From contig OX597822.1 of assembly GCA_951406725.2 (NCBI GenBank), forward strand, positions 57,908,001-57,972,000: a stretch of 64,000 nucleotides of DNA. The letters run 5' to 3'. Position 1 is the first letter of the stretch. Each line of letters starts with the position of its first letter. Position numbers and translations under genes: made by a program. This DNA comes from Octopus vulgaris. Its lineage: Eukaryota. A model generated the notes under the pieces. That model did not search any database. It was not told the origin of the DNA and saw nothing but the letters and a program-made list of their open reading frames with translations. This document shows positions 1 to 11,599 of this stretch, piece after piece.

Positions 1-380
1 CCTCTCTTGCACACCACATTTGATGCTTCTTATGCCAAACTTTTCTGTCAAGGTGCTTACACTGTTGTGTATGCACACTGATATTACACATCCAGCGGAT
101 CATACTAGCTTCATTTCTTTCAAGCCTACACATGTCCTCAGCATTCATGGCCCATGTTTCACTGCTGTTTAGCATGGAAGTTCATACATATGCATCATAC
201 AGTCTACCTTTCACACTGAGTGAGAGGCCCATAGTTGAGAACAGAGGTAGGGTTAGGCTTGCCAGCTCCCTGAACTTTGCCCAGGCTATTCTTACTTTAG
301 TCTCTACACTCTCAGAGCAACTGCCCCCACTACAGCCTTGGTAGCAGAAGCTATTAACTATTTCTAGTTTCTCCCCCTGG
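1..380 (-). mobile_element. RTE-clade LINE fragment, region C-terminal to the RT domain (decayed)
   Basis: Minus strand reads ..LEIVNSFCY..GGSCSESVETKVRIAWAKFREL.., the same motif as the + strand copy at 45150-45720 (VDSFCYLG..GGCSESLVARVRTGWRKF). Contains stops and frameshifts. Confidence 0.7.
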
Positions 381-634
381 CATGTGATGGAATCTGTTTT
401 CTCTATACCTTCAATGTTTATTGCCCTAGTGCATCTGCCATGGACAAAAACTATTTTCCTGATTAAACTTCCTTTGATATTGCTGCACCTTTTATGTGTC
501 TATAGCTTACACCGGGTACATTGTATGCAGTTTCTACCCACGCCTTTTCTATCTGAAGTGGGTTGTGATTTGACAGCCTTCCTACTTACTAAGACTTTGG
601 TTTTGGCTAGTATCAGACCAGTTGTACTTTAATT

Positions 635-665
<31 letters not shown>

Positions 666-749
666 ATGCATGTGTGTGTGCATGTAGAGGATGATGCAGA
701 AGTTCCTTTAACATTCAAGTGTTGTATAAAATTTTCATCTTTTTATTCT

Positions 750-1045
750 GCAAGATTAGCCTGAGTTTAAGTACCCTATCGCACACCCTCACTACCTCTA
801 TGACCTTATCCACCCATTTCTCAGCAAGAAGTATGCCCACACCCCCTATTCCATCACTATTACCTTCCCAGAAGAATTTATACCTATGTGCTTTGCCTGT
901 GAGGACTCTGGCTGAAGCTCCTCTCCATCATACCTCTTGTACACAACATACATCAACACATCTCCATTCAAGCATCTCTGCAATCTTGCTAGACCTACCT
1001 TTCAATGTGCCCACATTTAGAGTGCCAACTCTGAAAACTGGGAAA
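750..1045 (-). mobile_element. RTE LINE AP-endonuclease fragment
   Basis: Minus strand reads RVGTLNVGTLKGRSSKIAEMLEWRCVDVCCVQEV, the APE N-terminal motif. Related pieces lie at about 10870-11150 and 36950-37190. Confidence 0.7.
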
Positions 1046-1529
1046 GAGATATGGGAGATAACACAGAAGGAGGAATGTTATTCAGTACCTGAAAAGAAGG
1101 TTCCTATGAACATTTGGTAACAGGCGTCATAATAGTTTGCTTTTAACCTACAGTTATTCAAACATGTTAGAGTAGTTAAGGTTGTTACCTCTACTGGTGG
1201 GGGGTTGATGACCACTATTATCATATTAACTTGTTTGTTGTTTTTAGAGGCGTCTTTAAACACCTCTGAAAGAAATTATTTGTTTTCTAATTTTAAGGTA
1301 ATTTCAGTTAATCAGTTTTTCAACTCACGACATAATTATTTTTTTCACATTTGAATTGTTAAAATATCTACATCTGTATCCATGTGTGTGTGTGTGTTTA
1401 TGTATGTGCTCATGCATGCATGCACACATGTGTGTATGTTTGTTCTGTTTCTCTTTTTAACTTGAAGTTAATTTCCACCAGCCACCCGCTTAGTAGCAAG
1501 GTTGTGAAGAAAAGCATCTTCTTTTGTAC

Positions 1530-1875
1530 ATCATCCTTTAAATGTTAAGAAGGTCTAGCAGATTTTTATTGTTCTATATATCATGACCATTCATAGTATA
1601 TGAATTAAGGAGTTACATTCTCTCCTTAAGAACTGAAGTTCAGCCATATTTTGTTCCTGGCAGAATTGTACGCATCCTGTTAAACCAATAATAGGTATGA
1701 CGCTGAAAGTGTATTTTGGATAATGGAATTGCAAATGCCTTATCAACAGTCCATAGATGTCTTCTTCCTGCTGTATTTTTCTGACAACATTAGTGTCCAG
1801 AGGGTAGCTGATTTCCTTAGAACGTAGCTTTTCCTTTGTGATCCCACACAATAGTATCAGACCAGTTTTACTTTA
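1530..1875 (-). mobile_element. Non-LTR retrotransposon remnant with a restriction-like endonuclease C-terminus (R4/NeSL/Hero-like)
   Basis: Frameshifted translation ..DTIVWDH..EISYPLDTNVVRKIQQEEDIYGLL..FSVIPIIGLTG..KIC*TFL resembles the C-terminus of RLE elements. Confidence 0.5.
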
Positions 1876-3625
1876 ATTTGTGTGTGTATGTGTGTGTGTG
1901 CATAGAGAGGATGATGCAGAAGTCCCTTTAGCATTCAAAATGATGTATAAAATCTTCATCTTTTTATTTAGTTACAATTTTATTTTTTTGGCAATTACCA
2001 GTTGAAGCTCAAGAAATAACAGGAGATTTATCCATCTTTAGGTTTAGAAGTGGACAATACCAAACCAGCTCCCAATCCCAGCCATAACTCCACAAGCACC
2101 ATTCTATTCACATGCAATAATGGGGACCAAATGGGGGACAAGGAAGAATGGCTGATGGTTGCAAGAAATGAAACAAAAAGAAAAAAAGAAATAAAAATAT
2201 TATCTCAGAAAGATTTCAGGAAACTAGAGGAAATGCCAAATCTCTGGGATTCATGCACATTCATGGTTGTCAGCAACCATGGACTGCTCTGTTTATAATG
2301 TAAGTCAGAAAATAACTAGCCTTTCAATGGATGGACCAAAAATTAGAGCATTAAAACTGGGGAAACATGGAAGATAGATTTTTGGTCACGGTGTAGACCT
2401 TTTCAAAAATGAACTCACCAAGAAATTTTTAAGGTACATTTCATAATTCTTGAGAACAATGAGCAGTTGGTGAATCAAGTTATACTGCAACCAAGCTCTC
2501 ATATGTTGGTGCATAACCTTAAATCATTAACATTTAACATCCATTTTCCATGCTAGCATAGGGTAGACGGTTTGACCAGAGCTGTACCAGGCTTGTTATT
2601 TGCTTTGACTTGGTTTCTACAGCTGAATGCTCTTCCTAACATCAAGCACTTTACAGTGTACCAGGTGTCTTTTACATCACCAGCACTGGTGCCTATTTAC
2701 ATGTCACTGGTGCATTATTATTATTAAGGTAGCATTCTGAATTTAAATCTTGCTGAGGTCAACTTTGCCTTCCATTCCTTTCAAGATCTCCCCTCAAAAT
2801 TGTTCGCCTTATACCTAAATTAGAAATTATTTTAAGGCAGTGAGCAGAATTGTGAAAACATTAGGAAAAAAATACTTTGCAATATTTGTTCCAGCTCCAT
2901 ACATTTTGAATTGAAATTCCACCAAGGACAACCCCTCTGGCAGCATTGAAATAAAAAGTACCAGTCAAGCACTGGGATCAATTATACAAAGAGCCCTATC
3001 TTTCAAAATTGTAGGTTTTGTGCCTAATCAAGAAACCATTATTAGTGTTATCATTAGTAAAAGTTGTGGCTTGACTGAAACATTACTGTCAAACAAAATA
3101 CTTTATGGTATTTATTCCAACTTTTTACTTTCTGAGACCAAATCCCACCAAGGTCAACTTTTCCCTTCGTTCCTTTGGGATCAATAAAATGAGTTCCAGT
3201 TCAGCACTGATGCCTATGTAACCCCTTCCCCTAATTTTCATGCAGGTATAACTATGCAAATGTATCTCCTGTCTGAATTTGTTTCCTCATAACTTTCTGA
3301 AATAGGGATGTTATTTTAATGAAATTTTATACAAGTTTCACATTGTATAGATTATGACTATATTGGAATTTCATCAGGAGGTGTTGAGATAAGTTTTGGA
3401 TAATTCACATGCTCTTTACTCTTTTACTTGTTTCAGGCTTTTGACTGTGGCCATACTGGAGCACCACATTTAGCCAAGCAAATCAACCCCAAGACTTATT
3501 CTTTGTAAGCCTAGTACTTATGCTATTGCTAAGTTACAGGGACATAAACACACCAGCATCGGTTGTCAAGCGATGTTGGGGGGGACAAACACAGACACAC
3601 AAACATATACACACATGTACATATA

Positions 3626-4180
3626 CAGGGTCAGGCAAAATGATCTGACACATTTGTAGGTTAAATAAAAGGCAAATGAAGTAAAGAAACAAAAAAGTGT
3701 TCTTATTTTTGAAAAGTACATATAATGCCATTTTGTTTCATTATGTTTTAAAAATTAAATCAGTCAAATGGGATCCATTATTGTCCACACACTGTCGAAG
3801 GCGTTCACAAAAGTTGTCAATAACTTGGCGGGTCATTTCATGTGGAATGGCAGTAATTTCTTGACGAATTGCATCTTTAAGTTCTGGCGGTGCGAGGTCA
3901 GCCGGTTGATTTTCGTTTCAATGCAGATCCAGTAGCTCTGAAGTTGGTAACCCATAACAAGATCGTGTTTCGAGCTGGTACAGGATCATGTCTACCAAGA
4001 TTGAAGTGCAAATGGAACACTCTTTGTGTTGCAGTTACAGAATCGTTTGTTTTGATAAACGTTTCCACAATGAAAGCGCGATGCTCACCAGTCCAATTCA
4101 TGGTAGCAACTGAAAAAGAAACGAAAAACAATGCCTTTTATTTAACCTATAAATGTGTCAGATCATTTTGCCTGACCCTG
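3626..4180 (-). mobile_element. Internally deleted Tc1/mariner-superfamily transposon (DUF4817-type N-terminus, rosa/maT-like)
   Basis: Near-perfect ~49-bp TIRs (CAGGGTCAGGCAAAATGATCTGACACATTT...) with TA on both sides. The N-terminus MNWTGEHRAFIVETFIKTNDSVTATQRVF..ARNTILLWVTNFRATGS is joined directly to the C-terminus DLKDAIRQEITAIP..CVDNNGSHL; the catalytic core is missing. Confidence 0.85.
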
Positions 4181-4213
4181 TATATATATATAGATGGGCT
4201 TCTTTCAGTTTCC

Positions 4214-4446
4214 TATTTTTTTATTGCCCACAAGGGGCTAAACATAAAGGGAACAAACAAGGACAGACAAAGGGATTAAGTCGATTACATCGACCCCAGT
4301 GCGTAACTGGTACTTAATTTATCGACCCTGAAAGGATGAAAGGCAAAGTTGACCTCGGTGGAATTTGAACTCAAAACGTAACGGCAGACGAAATATCACT
4401 AAACATTTCGCTCGGAGTGCTAACCTTTCTGCCAGCTCACCACCTT
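4214..4446 (-). mobile_element. tRNA-derived SINE, family A (GGCGAGCTGGCAGAA head; GCCTTTCATCCTTTCGGGGTCGAT core), nested in another SINE
   Basis: Reverse complement of the family at 7051, 33129 and 55472. Flanked by duplicated CTTTCAGTTTCC (4202-4213 and 4444-4455). Confidence 0.8.
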
Positions 4447-5474
4447 TCAGTTTCCATCAACCAAATCCACTCACAAGGTTTTGTTTGGCCCAAGGCTATA
4501 GTAGAAGACACTTACCCAAGGTGTCACGCAGTGGGACTGAATCCAGAACCATGTGGTTGATAAGTAAACTACTTACCACACAGCCACTCTTTTCTTTATC
4601 TTTGTACTTGCTTCAGTCAAAAGGCTAAAGCCATGCTGGGGCACCACCTTGAAGAATTAGTTGAACAAATTGGTTCCAGTACTTATCTTTTTACTTATTC
4701 TATCGGTCTCTTTTGCCAAACCATTGTTACAAGGGTATAAACACACCAACAGTTGTCAAGCAGCGGTGGGGCACAAACACGACAGCCTCCTTTCAGTTTT
4801 CATCAACCAAATCCACTGACACAAATTTGGTTGGGTGGAGGCTATAGAAAACATGTCCAACATATCACACAGAGGAACTAAACCTGGAAGCATGTAGTTG
4901 GGAAGCAAACTTACCACAGCCTTGACTGCACCTCATAACTTTCAGAAAAATTGGTTTTTCATTTTCTACAAACACCTTTCAGATGGTGTACAATAAGGTT
5001 ACACTGAAATTTAAAGTGAATAAAATGGAGAAGGGCAGATATTTCATGCATCTCGACTTTGTTTCCTCATGCATTTTTGCAATGTAGTGTTAAATAATAC
5101 ATACTTTTGAGGAGTATTCCACCTGGAATTTGTCAAATGAATATCTTTTTAATAATATGAAATTTTCCAGAGATGGCAGCATAATTTGTGGAAACAAAAA
5201 TTAACAGCTGAAACATTTTATTTTATTAAAAACTAGAATGACCTATCATTTATTGATCTAAATTATATTTTATTAACAGAAGTACATAATGTAAATAAAA
5301 ATTTTAATGAAAAAAATATATATATAATAAATTAATTTAACAATAATAACCTCTCATACAACTCATAATATTGATAAAATGTCATCATTAATATAATTTT
5401 TCTTATTTAAAAATCGAACTGCGTCTTGTTGTCCAGCTATTTTAATATTTTTCATTTTTAGTTTTATTTTTTTA

Positions 5475-6073
5475 ATCTAAAGAACTGCATTATAAACAAC
5501 ATTTTCAACTTTTTTATCTTTTGTGTAATAACAGATCATTAGGATCTCCTAAGCTCGAAAGTGATACATATAGTTTTCCATGAGAAAATACTTCATTTTT
5601 AAGATTGATACCAACTTTTTTTTAATGTTTGGACTTGTGATTTATTTATTGTCATAGCAAAGGATAATTTAACAGAAAATTGTAATCACTGGATCCTCTG
5701 CAATTAATTTAACCCTTGGTAATAATGCTAATTCATTTTTGTACTTTCCATTTAGTATTTTTGCTTCAGGTACATTATTTGTACGGGATTCCACTATTAA
5801 TCTTGTTCCACTGCATAACTTTGGGGTTTGTAAATTTCTCAAAAGAATAACGGGGGCGCCTTTCTTCAAATACAATTCATGTGGTGGAAATTCCAATATT
5901 TCTAATGAATTTAAGAACTCAACCGGAAAATTTACTGCTTCGTTTGTATCAACTATTTGATCTATAGAATTGTATGGTCTTAATCTATGTTCTATTTTGT
6001 TAAGCAATCGCATATTAATAACATCAACATCGTCATTTTTAACAGCTAAAATTCTTTTTCCAAAAGCAATCAC
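5475..6073 (-). mobile_element. Helitron RepHel PIF1-like helicase C-terminal fragment (pseudogenised)
   Basis: ORF 5669-6073 has ILAVKN..VDVIN, FPVEFLNSL..PPHELYLKKGAPVILLRNL..KLCSGTRLIV. After frameshifts it continues SFAMTINKSQ..VFSHGKLYVSLS..NVVYNAVL*. These are typical Helitron helicase motifs. Confidence 0.85.
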
Positions 6074-6475
6074 CTTGTTCTGTGACTAACGACTGGGGTT
6101 ATTCGTTTGTATTACAAATCCTCAACCGATAATAATGGTTGATAATTAGCGCAAAGACATGGTATTGAACAGATTTGGGATTTAGAAGGATTAGAAAAGA
6201 ACGGGATGATAGGCTCTCCGTCTTCTGCGGTATTACAGGAAGAAGGTGTGCGTCTGCACTCTTACAGATGTGTGAATTTTTTTCAATTTCATAAAATAAA
6301 TATATGTATTTAATTGTTAAGTTAATTCATATTTAGAAATAATAGTTATTTTAACAATTAAAATTACATTTATGAAAGAAAGCCTTTTAAAATAATTTTT
6401 ATTTCCCTCCGTAAAAAAAATACTGAACGAGAGAACAACGTGATTCTCGTTATAATTTACCCGAAATCTCGTGTT

Positions 6476-6507
6476 CCTCTTCCTTTTCACGGTCGTCCAT
6501 TTTAACT
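6476..6507 (+). promoter_or_regulatory. RPS21: RPS21 TCT/5'TOP start and non-coding exon 1
   Basis: Polypyrimidine CCTCTTCCTTTTC (TCT initiator YC+1TYTYY), a YY1-like CCATTTT, then a GTAAGT donor at 6508. The acceptor TTGCAG ends at 6611. Confidence 0.75.
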
Positions 6508-6639
6508 GTAAGTTGTCGTGTGATTCTTCTTAAAATTAAAAATGGAATTACTGAGGTTTTAAATGTACAATGATTTGCTAAGTCTCGCATTTTGTTTCTT
6601 TACTGTTGCAGAAGATTTTCTTAGAACAAAGAAAGGATT

Positions 6640-6689
6640 ATGCAGAACGAAGCAGGTGAATTCGTGGATATGTATATCCCAAGGAAATG
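6640..6689 (+). CDS. RPS21: 40S ribosomal protein S21 (eS21), coding exon 1
   Basis: MQNEAGEFVDMYIPRK plus TG; GT donor at 6690. Five exons of 50+64+72+56+10 nt give 83 aa plus stop with consistent phases. Confidence 0.97.
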
Positions 6690-7050
6690 GTATGCTCCTT
6701 ACACACGTGGTTTACACGTTTTATTTTTCTAAATTGTATTTTGAAATTATTTTTGTCTACTTTATTATATACCTCTGTGGTGTTTATCTTGTAATAGTCC
6801 TGTATTATACACGGGAGAAATTTGTACTACGTTTTCGGCTTAGTTTCCTTTCATTTACAATGCTAAATTTAAGGTCCCCTAAACAAAATCGCTAAGGCTT
6901 TTCATAAGCTCGTTAACTTCCTATTTGTAACTAGCATAAAAGTTACCACATCCCATTTATTTTCCGCTGGAAATTTTGTCATTCATGTAGAAACGAAGAT
7001 TTGCATTTTTTATTCGTGTTTATGTTTTTATGTTACACTTATTTCATTCT

Positions 7051-7270
7051 GCGGCGAGCTGGCAGAATCATTAGCACGCCGGGCGAAATGCTTAGCGGTA
7101 TTTCGCCCCCCGCTACGTTCTCAGTTCAAATTCCGCCGAGATCGATTTTGCCTTTCATCCTTTCGGGGTCGATTAAATAAGTACCAGTTATGCATTGGGG
7201 TCGATATAATCGGACTTAATCCGTTTGTCTGTCCTTGTTTAGCCCCTTGTGGATAGTAAAGAAATAGGTA
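7051..7270 (+). mobile_element. tRNA-derived SINE, family A (CpG-rich copy) in RPS21 intron 2
   Basis: A-box-like TGGCAGAATCATT, B-box GTTCAAATT and core GCCTTTCATCCTTTCGGGGTCGATTAAATAAGTACCAG. Many copies occur in the window. Confidence 0.8.
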
Positions 7271-8064
7271 TTTCGTCTGTCTTTACGTTCTGAGTTCAAA
7301 TGCCACTGGAGTTGATAAATCAAGTACCAGTTTCGCACTGGAGTCGATGTAATCGAATGCCCCCCCCCCCCCAATTTCAGGTCTTGTGTCTACAGTCGAA
7401 ACGTTTATTTCATGTGTAAGGCGACTGAATAGATATCAAAATATGATGTTACACCCCGAGACCTGTAAGTGTGATCTCTAGATCTACTAAAAATAGTATC
7501 CAAATCACACTACCGTTTTAAATACAAATAAAACTTGTATAAAGTAGTACTAGATATCTTTTATGTTGGAAAATAAGGTCTTCGATCACATATGATTGCA
7601 CGAATGGGACAGGCCTGAATTCAAAACACGCGGGAGACAAGTTTGCATATTTTTAGATGAGTTTTGTGTCATGAAGTATCGTTATTCTTCAAAGCAAAAC
7701 ATTCACCGCTATGAGAAGATAGAAAATTAGTTTTAACTATAGAGACGCGGGCTTGGCTGTGTAGTTTTTGTTTCAGTCCTACTGCGTGACACCTGCTACG
7801 AGTGTCTTTCACTGTAGTCTCAGGTCGACCTTAAAATGTTAAGGGTGGGAGTCAACGTCATGGGAGTGGTACCCTCCGTTTCCAAATTTTAATGAGAAAA
7901 TATGGTAGACCGAAAATACCTAAATTGGGAACGGGTGAGGATTGGCGAGGGCATCTACCCGTAAAACAATATGGCATGAAAAGAGGACGTTAAAATGAAA
8001 ATTAGGTTGATTAGATATATAGCACAAGCGGTGTACTGCCGCTTTTGTTTCCTCGTGATTGTTT

Positions 8065-8196
8065 TCCAAAGGGTGTTGCGACTCATGGTAAAAACCTGTG
8101 AGTGGAGTCAAAACTTTGGTACAGAAAATGTTGAACTGTTGAAAAGAAAAATCTCAGAATTCCAACGTTCTGATTATTCGACTGGCTCACACATGA
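8065..8196 (+). ncRNA. SNORA13: Box H/ACA snoRNA, SNORA13/snR35-like guide for the 18S psi1248 equivalent (copy 1)
   Basis: Hairpin closed by CCAAAG/CTTTGG, H box ACAGAA at 8121, second hairpin, ACA+3 nt at 8191. Pocket GUGUU (8073-8077) / GUCAAA (8107-8112) pairs with conserved 18S UUUGAC-U-C-AACAC, 14 nt from the H box. Confidence 0.85.
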
Positions 8197-8631
8197 CAAG
8201 AAGTGAAATTAAAAGTGTTTACTCTACTAATGTTTCACGCATGTGTAGAATTATAAAATAACAGACGCATAAAGTATCTAAATAGAAAACCTGACATGCT
8301 ACAAACACGTTTTCAAAATTTTAATACGAATTCTCTTGAATTCTAACATTTTGATGTGTCATTTTTCTTGGCGATATTATCTTCCTTACTGTTTTAAGAG
8401 TTACGTCCCTTGTATCATTATCCGTAATTGTTCGGTTCTGAGGAATGAACCGGAATATGATTTCCCCGACTTTCTTAAGTTTAAAATGCGAAACTCATCA
8501 TCATCATCGTTTAACGTCCGTTTTCCGCGCTAGCACGGGTTTTTATTATATCTACATTCCACATTCGTGTACGCTCATTAGCTTTCTCCACACACATAAA
8601 TACATAAAAGCAGAACACGCTCGCACACACG

Positions 8632-8792
8632 TACTATTTAAGAAGAGTGGTCCCGGTGTACGCATCCGCACTGGCTAGTCGTAACTAGTCGATCCTACAA
8701 CGATTACCTAACAGTAAATAAAACTCAAAAACACAAAGGGATCAACTAGCTAGCGCGAGTGCGCGCACCGGGGCCGCTCATCTTAAATAGTA
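8632..8792. mobile_element. Palindromic MITE (copy 1)
   Basis: TACTATTTAAGAAGAGTGGTCCCGGTG...CACCGGGCCGCTCATCTTAAATAGTA long inverted ends. Paralog at 9855. Confidence 0.7.
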
Positions 8793-9644
8793 ACCTTTAC
8801 CCATTAGCTTCCTCTTCCACTTCAACACGTCAAACAGAACAAGCACGCACTCGAATGTTTATAATTGACAAGACGACGTGCTCACCGAAAATGACGAAGT
8901 TAATGATAGCTCTGAGATGTATTCCGAAAGATTGCCCATATTTGTTCTTACCTGCTTCGTTTCTGTGTGTACAATCCGTAAATTTCCAAGAATAAAACGA
9001 GATCCACGTCGAAAAAGCCATGTGGGTATTTTTAACGACCGAAGAGCCGAAATATTGCAACATGCATGGAGAAAAGGAAGAAATGTAAATTAAGCCTGTG
9101 TGGATTTGGTGGAGGAATGTTTGTCCCCCTCTCCCACCATCGCTTGAAAATAGATGTTGGTGTGCTTACGTCCCCGTAGCTTAGCGGTTCGACCACAGAG
9201 AACGATAGAATAAGTACTAGGTTTACAAAGAATAAGTCCTGAGGTCAGTGTTTTCGACTAAAGGCAGTGCTCCAGCATGGCCGCAGTCAAATGACTGAAA
9301 CAAGTAAAAGAATAACACTTAAAGAAATGGTTACATAAAAACAGAACACACCCATTAGCGTCTTCTTCAGCACATCAAACAGAACAGGAGTCTTTATAGT
9401 TATAAAGACAACACGTGCTCACGGAAAATGACGAAGATAATAAGTCTAAGGCGTATTCCAAAAGATTAGCCCCTTGTTTTCTAGTGCAACGACCAATAGG
9501 CATATTTTATTTGGTAATGTGGCGAAGAATATGCACACCCGGTGTTTAAGGTGAGGATTATGCCGAAAACGGGTGGTGTGCATATTTTTTACTTCCTTCT
9601 TGTACTGTTAGCATATTTCGATATTGGAGTTATGGTGACCATTG

Positions 9645-9771
9645 TCCAAAGGGTGTTGCGACTCATGGTAAAAACCTGTGAGTGGAGTCAAAACTTTGGT
9701 ATATAAAATGTCGAACTGTTGAAAATATATCTCAGATTTCTAATCTGAATATTCAACTGGTTCGCACATCT
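9645..9771 (+). ncRNA. SNORA13: Box H/ACA snoRNA, SNORA13/snR35-like (copy 2)
   Basis: First 57 nt are identical to copy 1. H box ATATAA at 9701; hairpin TCGAAC..GTTGAA/TTCAAC..GTTCG; ACA at 9766 plus 3 nt. Confidence 0.85.
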
Positions 9772-9854
9772 GAATTATTCCCAATTGCGTTTATAAAATA
9801 GCATCTACGAGTAATTTTTTAAGTATATAGTAACTGCGATGGTAATTTTTCGGT

Positions 9855-10013
9855 ACTACTGAAGAGTGGTCCAGTATGCGCATCCGCGTTAGCTAGTCGT
9901 GACTAGTCGATCCTACAACAACTACCTAGCAAAGTAAATAAAATACAAAAACAATGTAAGGATCGACTAGCCAACGTGAGTGCGCGCGCCGGGACCACTC
10001 TTCTTCAGTAGTA
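9855..10013. mobile_element. Palindromic MITE (copy 2)
   Basis: TACTACTGAAGAGTGGTCC...GGACCACTCTTCTTCAGTAGTA inverted ends, with internal CTAGTCGATCC/GGATCGACTAG. Confidence 0.7.
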
Positions 10014-10095
10014 CCAATTTTTCTTTAAAAACTAAAATAATTTTCTACATGATCATAATCATTGGTTTCATTTTTTTTTTTCTTTTTGTGTCTAG

Positions 10096-10159
10096 TTCAG
10101 CCAGTAATAGCATTATTGCTGCCAAAGATCATGCTTCTGTACAAATAAACATTGCTGAA
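10096..10159 (+). CDS. RPS21: RPS21 coding exon 2
   Basis: (C)SASNSIIAAKDHASVQINIAE between a polypyrimidine-TAG acceptor and a GTAAGT donor. Confidence 0.97.
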
Positions 10160-11599
10160 GTAAGTATTACAAATTTAACCAATATTCTTATTTAAAATTT
10201 GGTTTCAGAATGTTTGTCTTCACCTGTGAATTTTAGACCAATGCTTCTCAACTTCTTTTTCTTAACACTGAACTCTTGCTACAATACAGTAAAATTAAAA
10301 GCACAACCATGTTCCTTTCGAATGTTGGGCCTCATGGAGGCAATGACTGAGGCCCTTGGAATTATATGCTTGAGAAGACGACCCCCATCAAGTCAAGCAA
10401 AATGGCAGTCATGCAGATACTGGTGTCATGCAAATGATACCCATGCTGGTGGCATCTAAAAGCATTACACTCAGGGTTGTTGCCATTAGGAACATCTCTC
10501 ATGCTTCACTGTTCCCAGTACTTATAACAACATTATTTCACACACACCCCTGCAAGAGGAAGTACTGCTCATTTTGAGAAAGCTCTTAAAGAATATCATC
10601 ATCGTTTAACATCCACTTTCCATAGCATGGGTTGGATGTGTTTTACATACTAGTCAGGCAGCACTGGCACCAGCCATGATGACAATTTCACTTGACTCAA
10701 CAGGTTTTCTCAAGCACAGCATATTGCCTGACGATTGAAGGGTACTTTTAAATAGGCTGGTTATGCGACGCTGACATCGGGCACAGCTACGATCTCACTT
10801 GGCTTGCTAGGTCTTCTTATAAAATTGGTCTTTCTGTTCATTGGGTAGCCCTGGCTGAAGTACATAGGCCAAGATAATGGTTGGTAATCTGTATTGCAGC
10901 ACTAGTCTAAGCTTAAGTATTCTATCACAGACTCTGACTACCTCTATTACCTTATCAACCCATTTCTCCACAAGGAGTTTACTCATGCCCCCTACCCCAA
11001 AAGATCTTATACCTATGTTCTTTGCCTATGAGGAACCTAGTAGGACTTCCTCTTCACCTTCTTTGGTGCTGCACAAATCTACATGTCTCTGTTCAAGCAT
11101 ATCAACAATCTCACCAGACCTACCTTTCAATATGCCAACTCTGAGGGTATGGAAGGTCTGTGATGGAAGACAACAGCATTATGCATCTGAAAAGAATGCT
11201 TGCATTTGGCAGGTCTCATAAACATACAAATAGCCTTTAACCTGCATACACTACACCATCATTTTATTTGCTACAAAATCACTATATTCAACAGGAGGTA
11301 GGGGTGGAGGGAGAAGAGAGGTTGGGGTAAGCATTCTGTATAGTTAGTTGTATGAAGTGTTCAGGAAAAAGACATCCAGTAGAGGTCAGAGAATAAAAAC
11401 TTCAGTGAATGCAAACCTCCACCAGGGCAACACCAACATCCTCTCAACAATTAGGAAGAGATTATTTTTAAAATGAGAATATCTGAAATAAACTCAACTG
11501 CCCTCGCAAACGAGAATACTGAAGGTGAACCTAACCACTCAAAAGATCAAGAAAAAAAAAAAGATAGAAAAATAATGCAGAATCCTTGTCTGATACCTG

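Noticed and set aside
2050-2460. Possible hAT transposase or zinc-finger remnant
   Set aside because: Too degraded to support by eye.
5669-6073. Host PIF1 helicase gene
   Set aside because: Truncated and frameshifted, with Helitron-type motifs and no exon structure.
6563-6895. 110-aa ORF from the track overlapping the RPS21 start
   Set aside because: Wrong frame. The real coding exon starts at ATG 6640 and is spliced at 6689.
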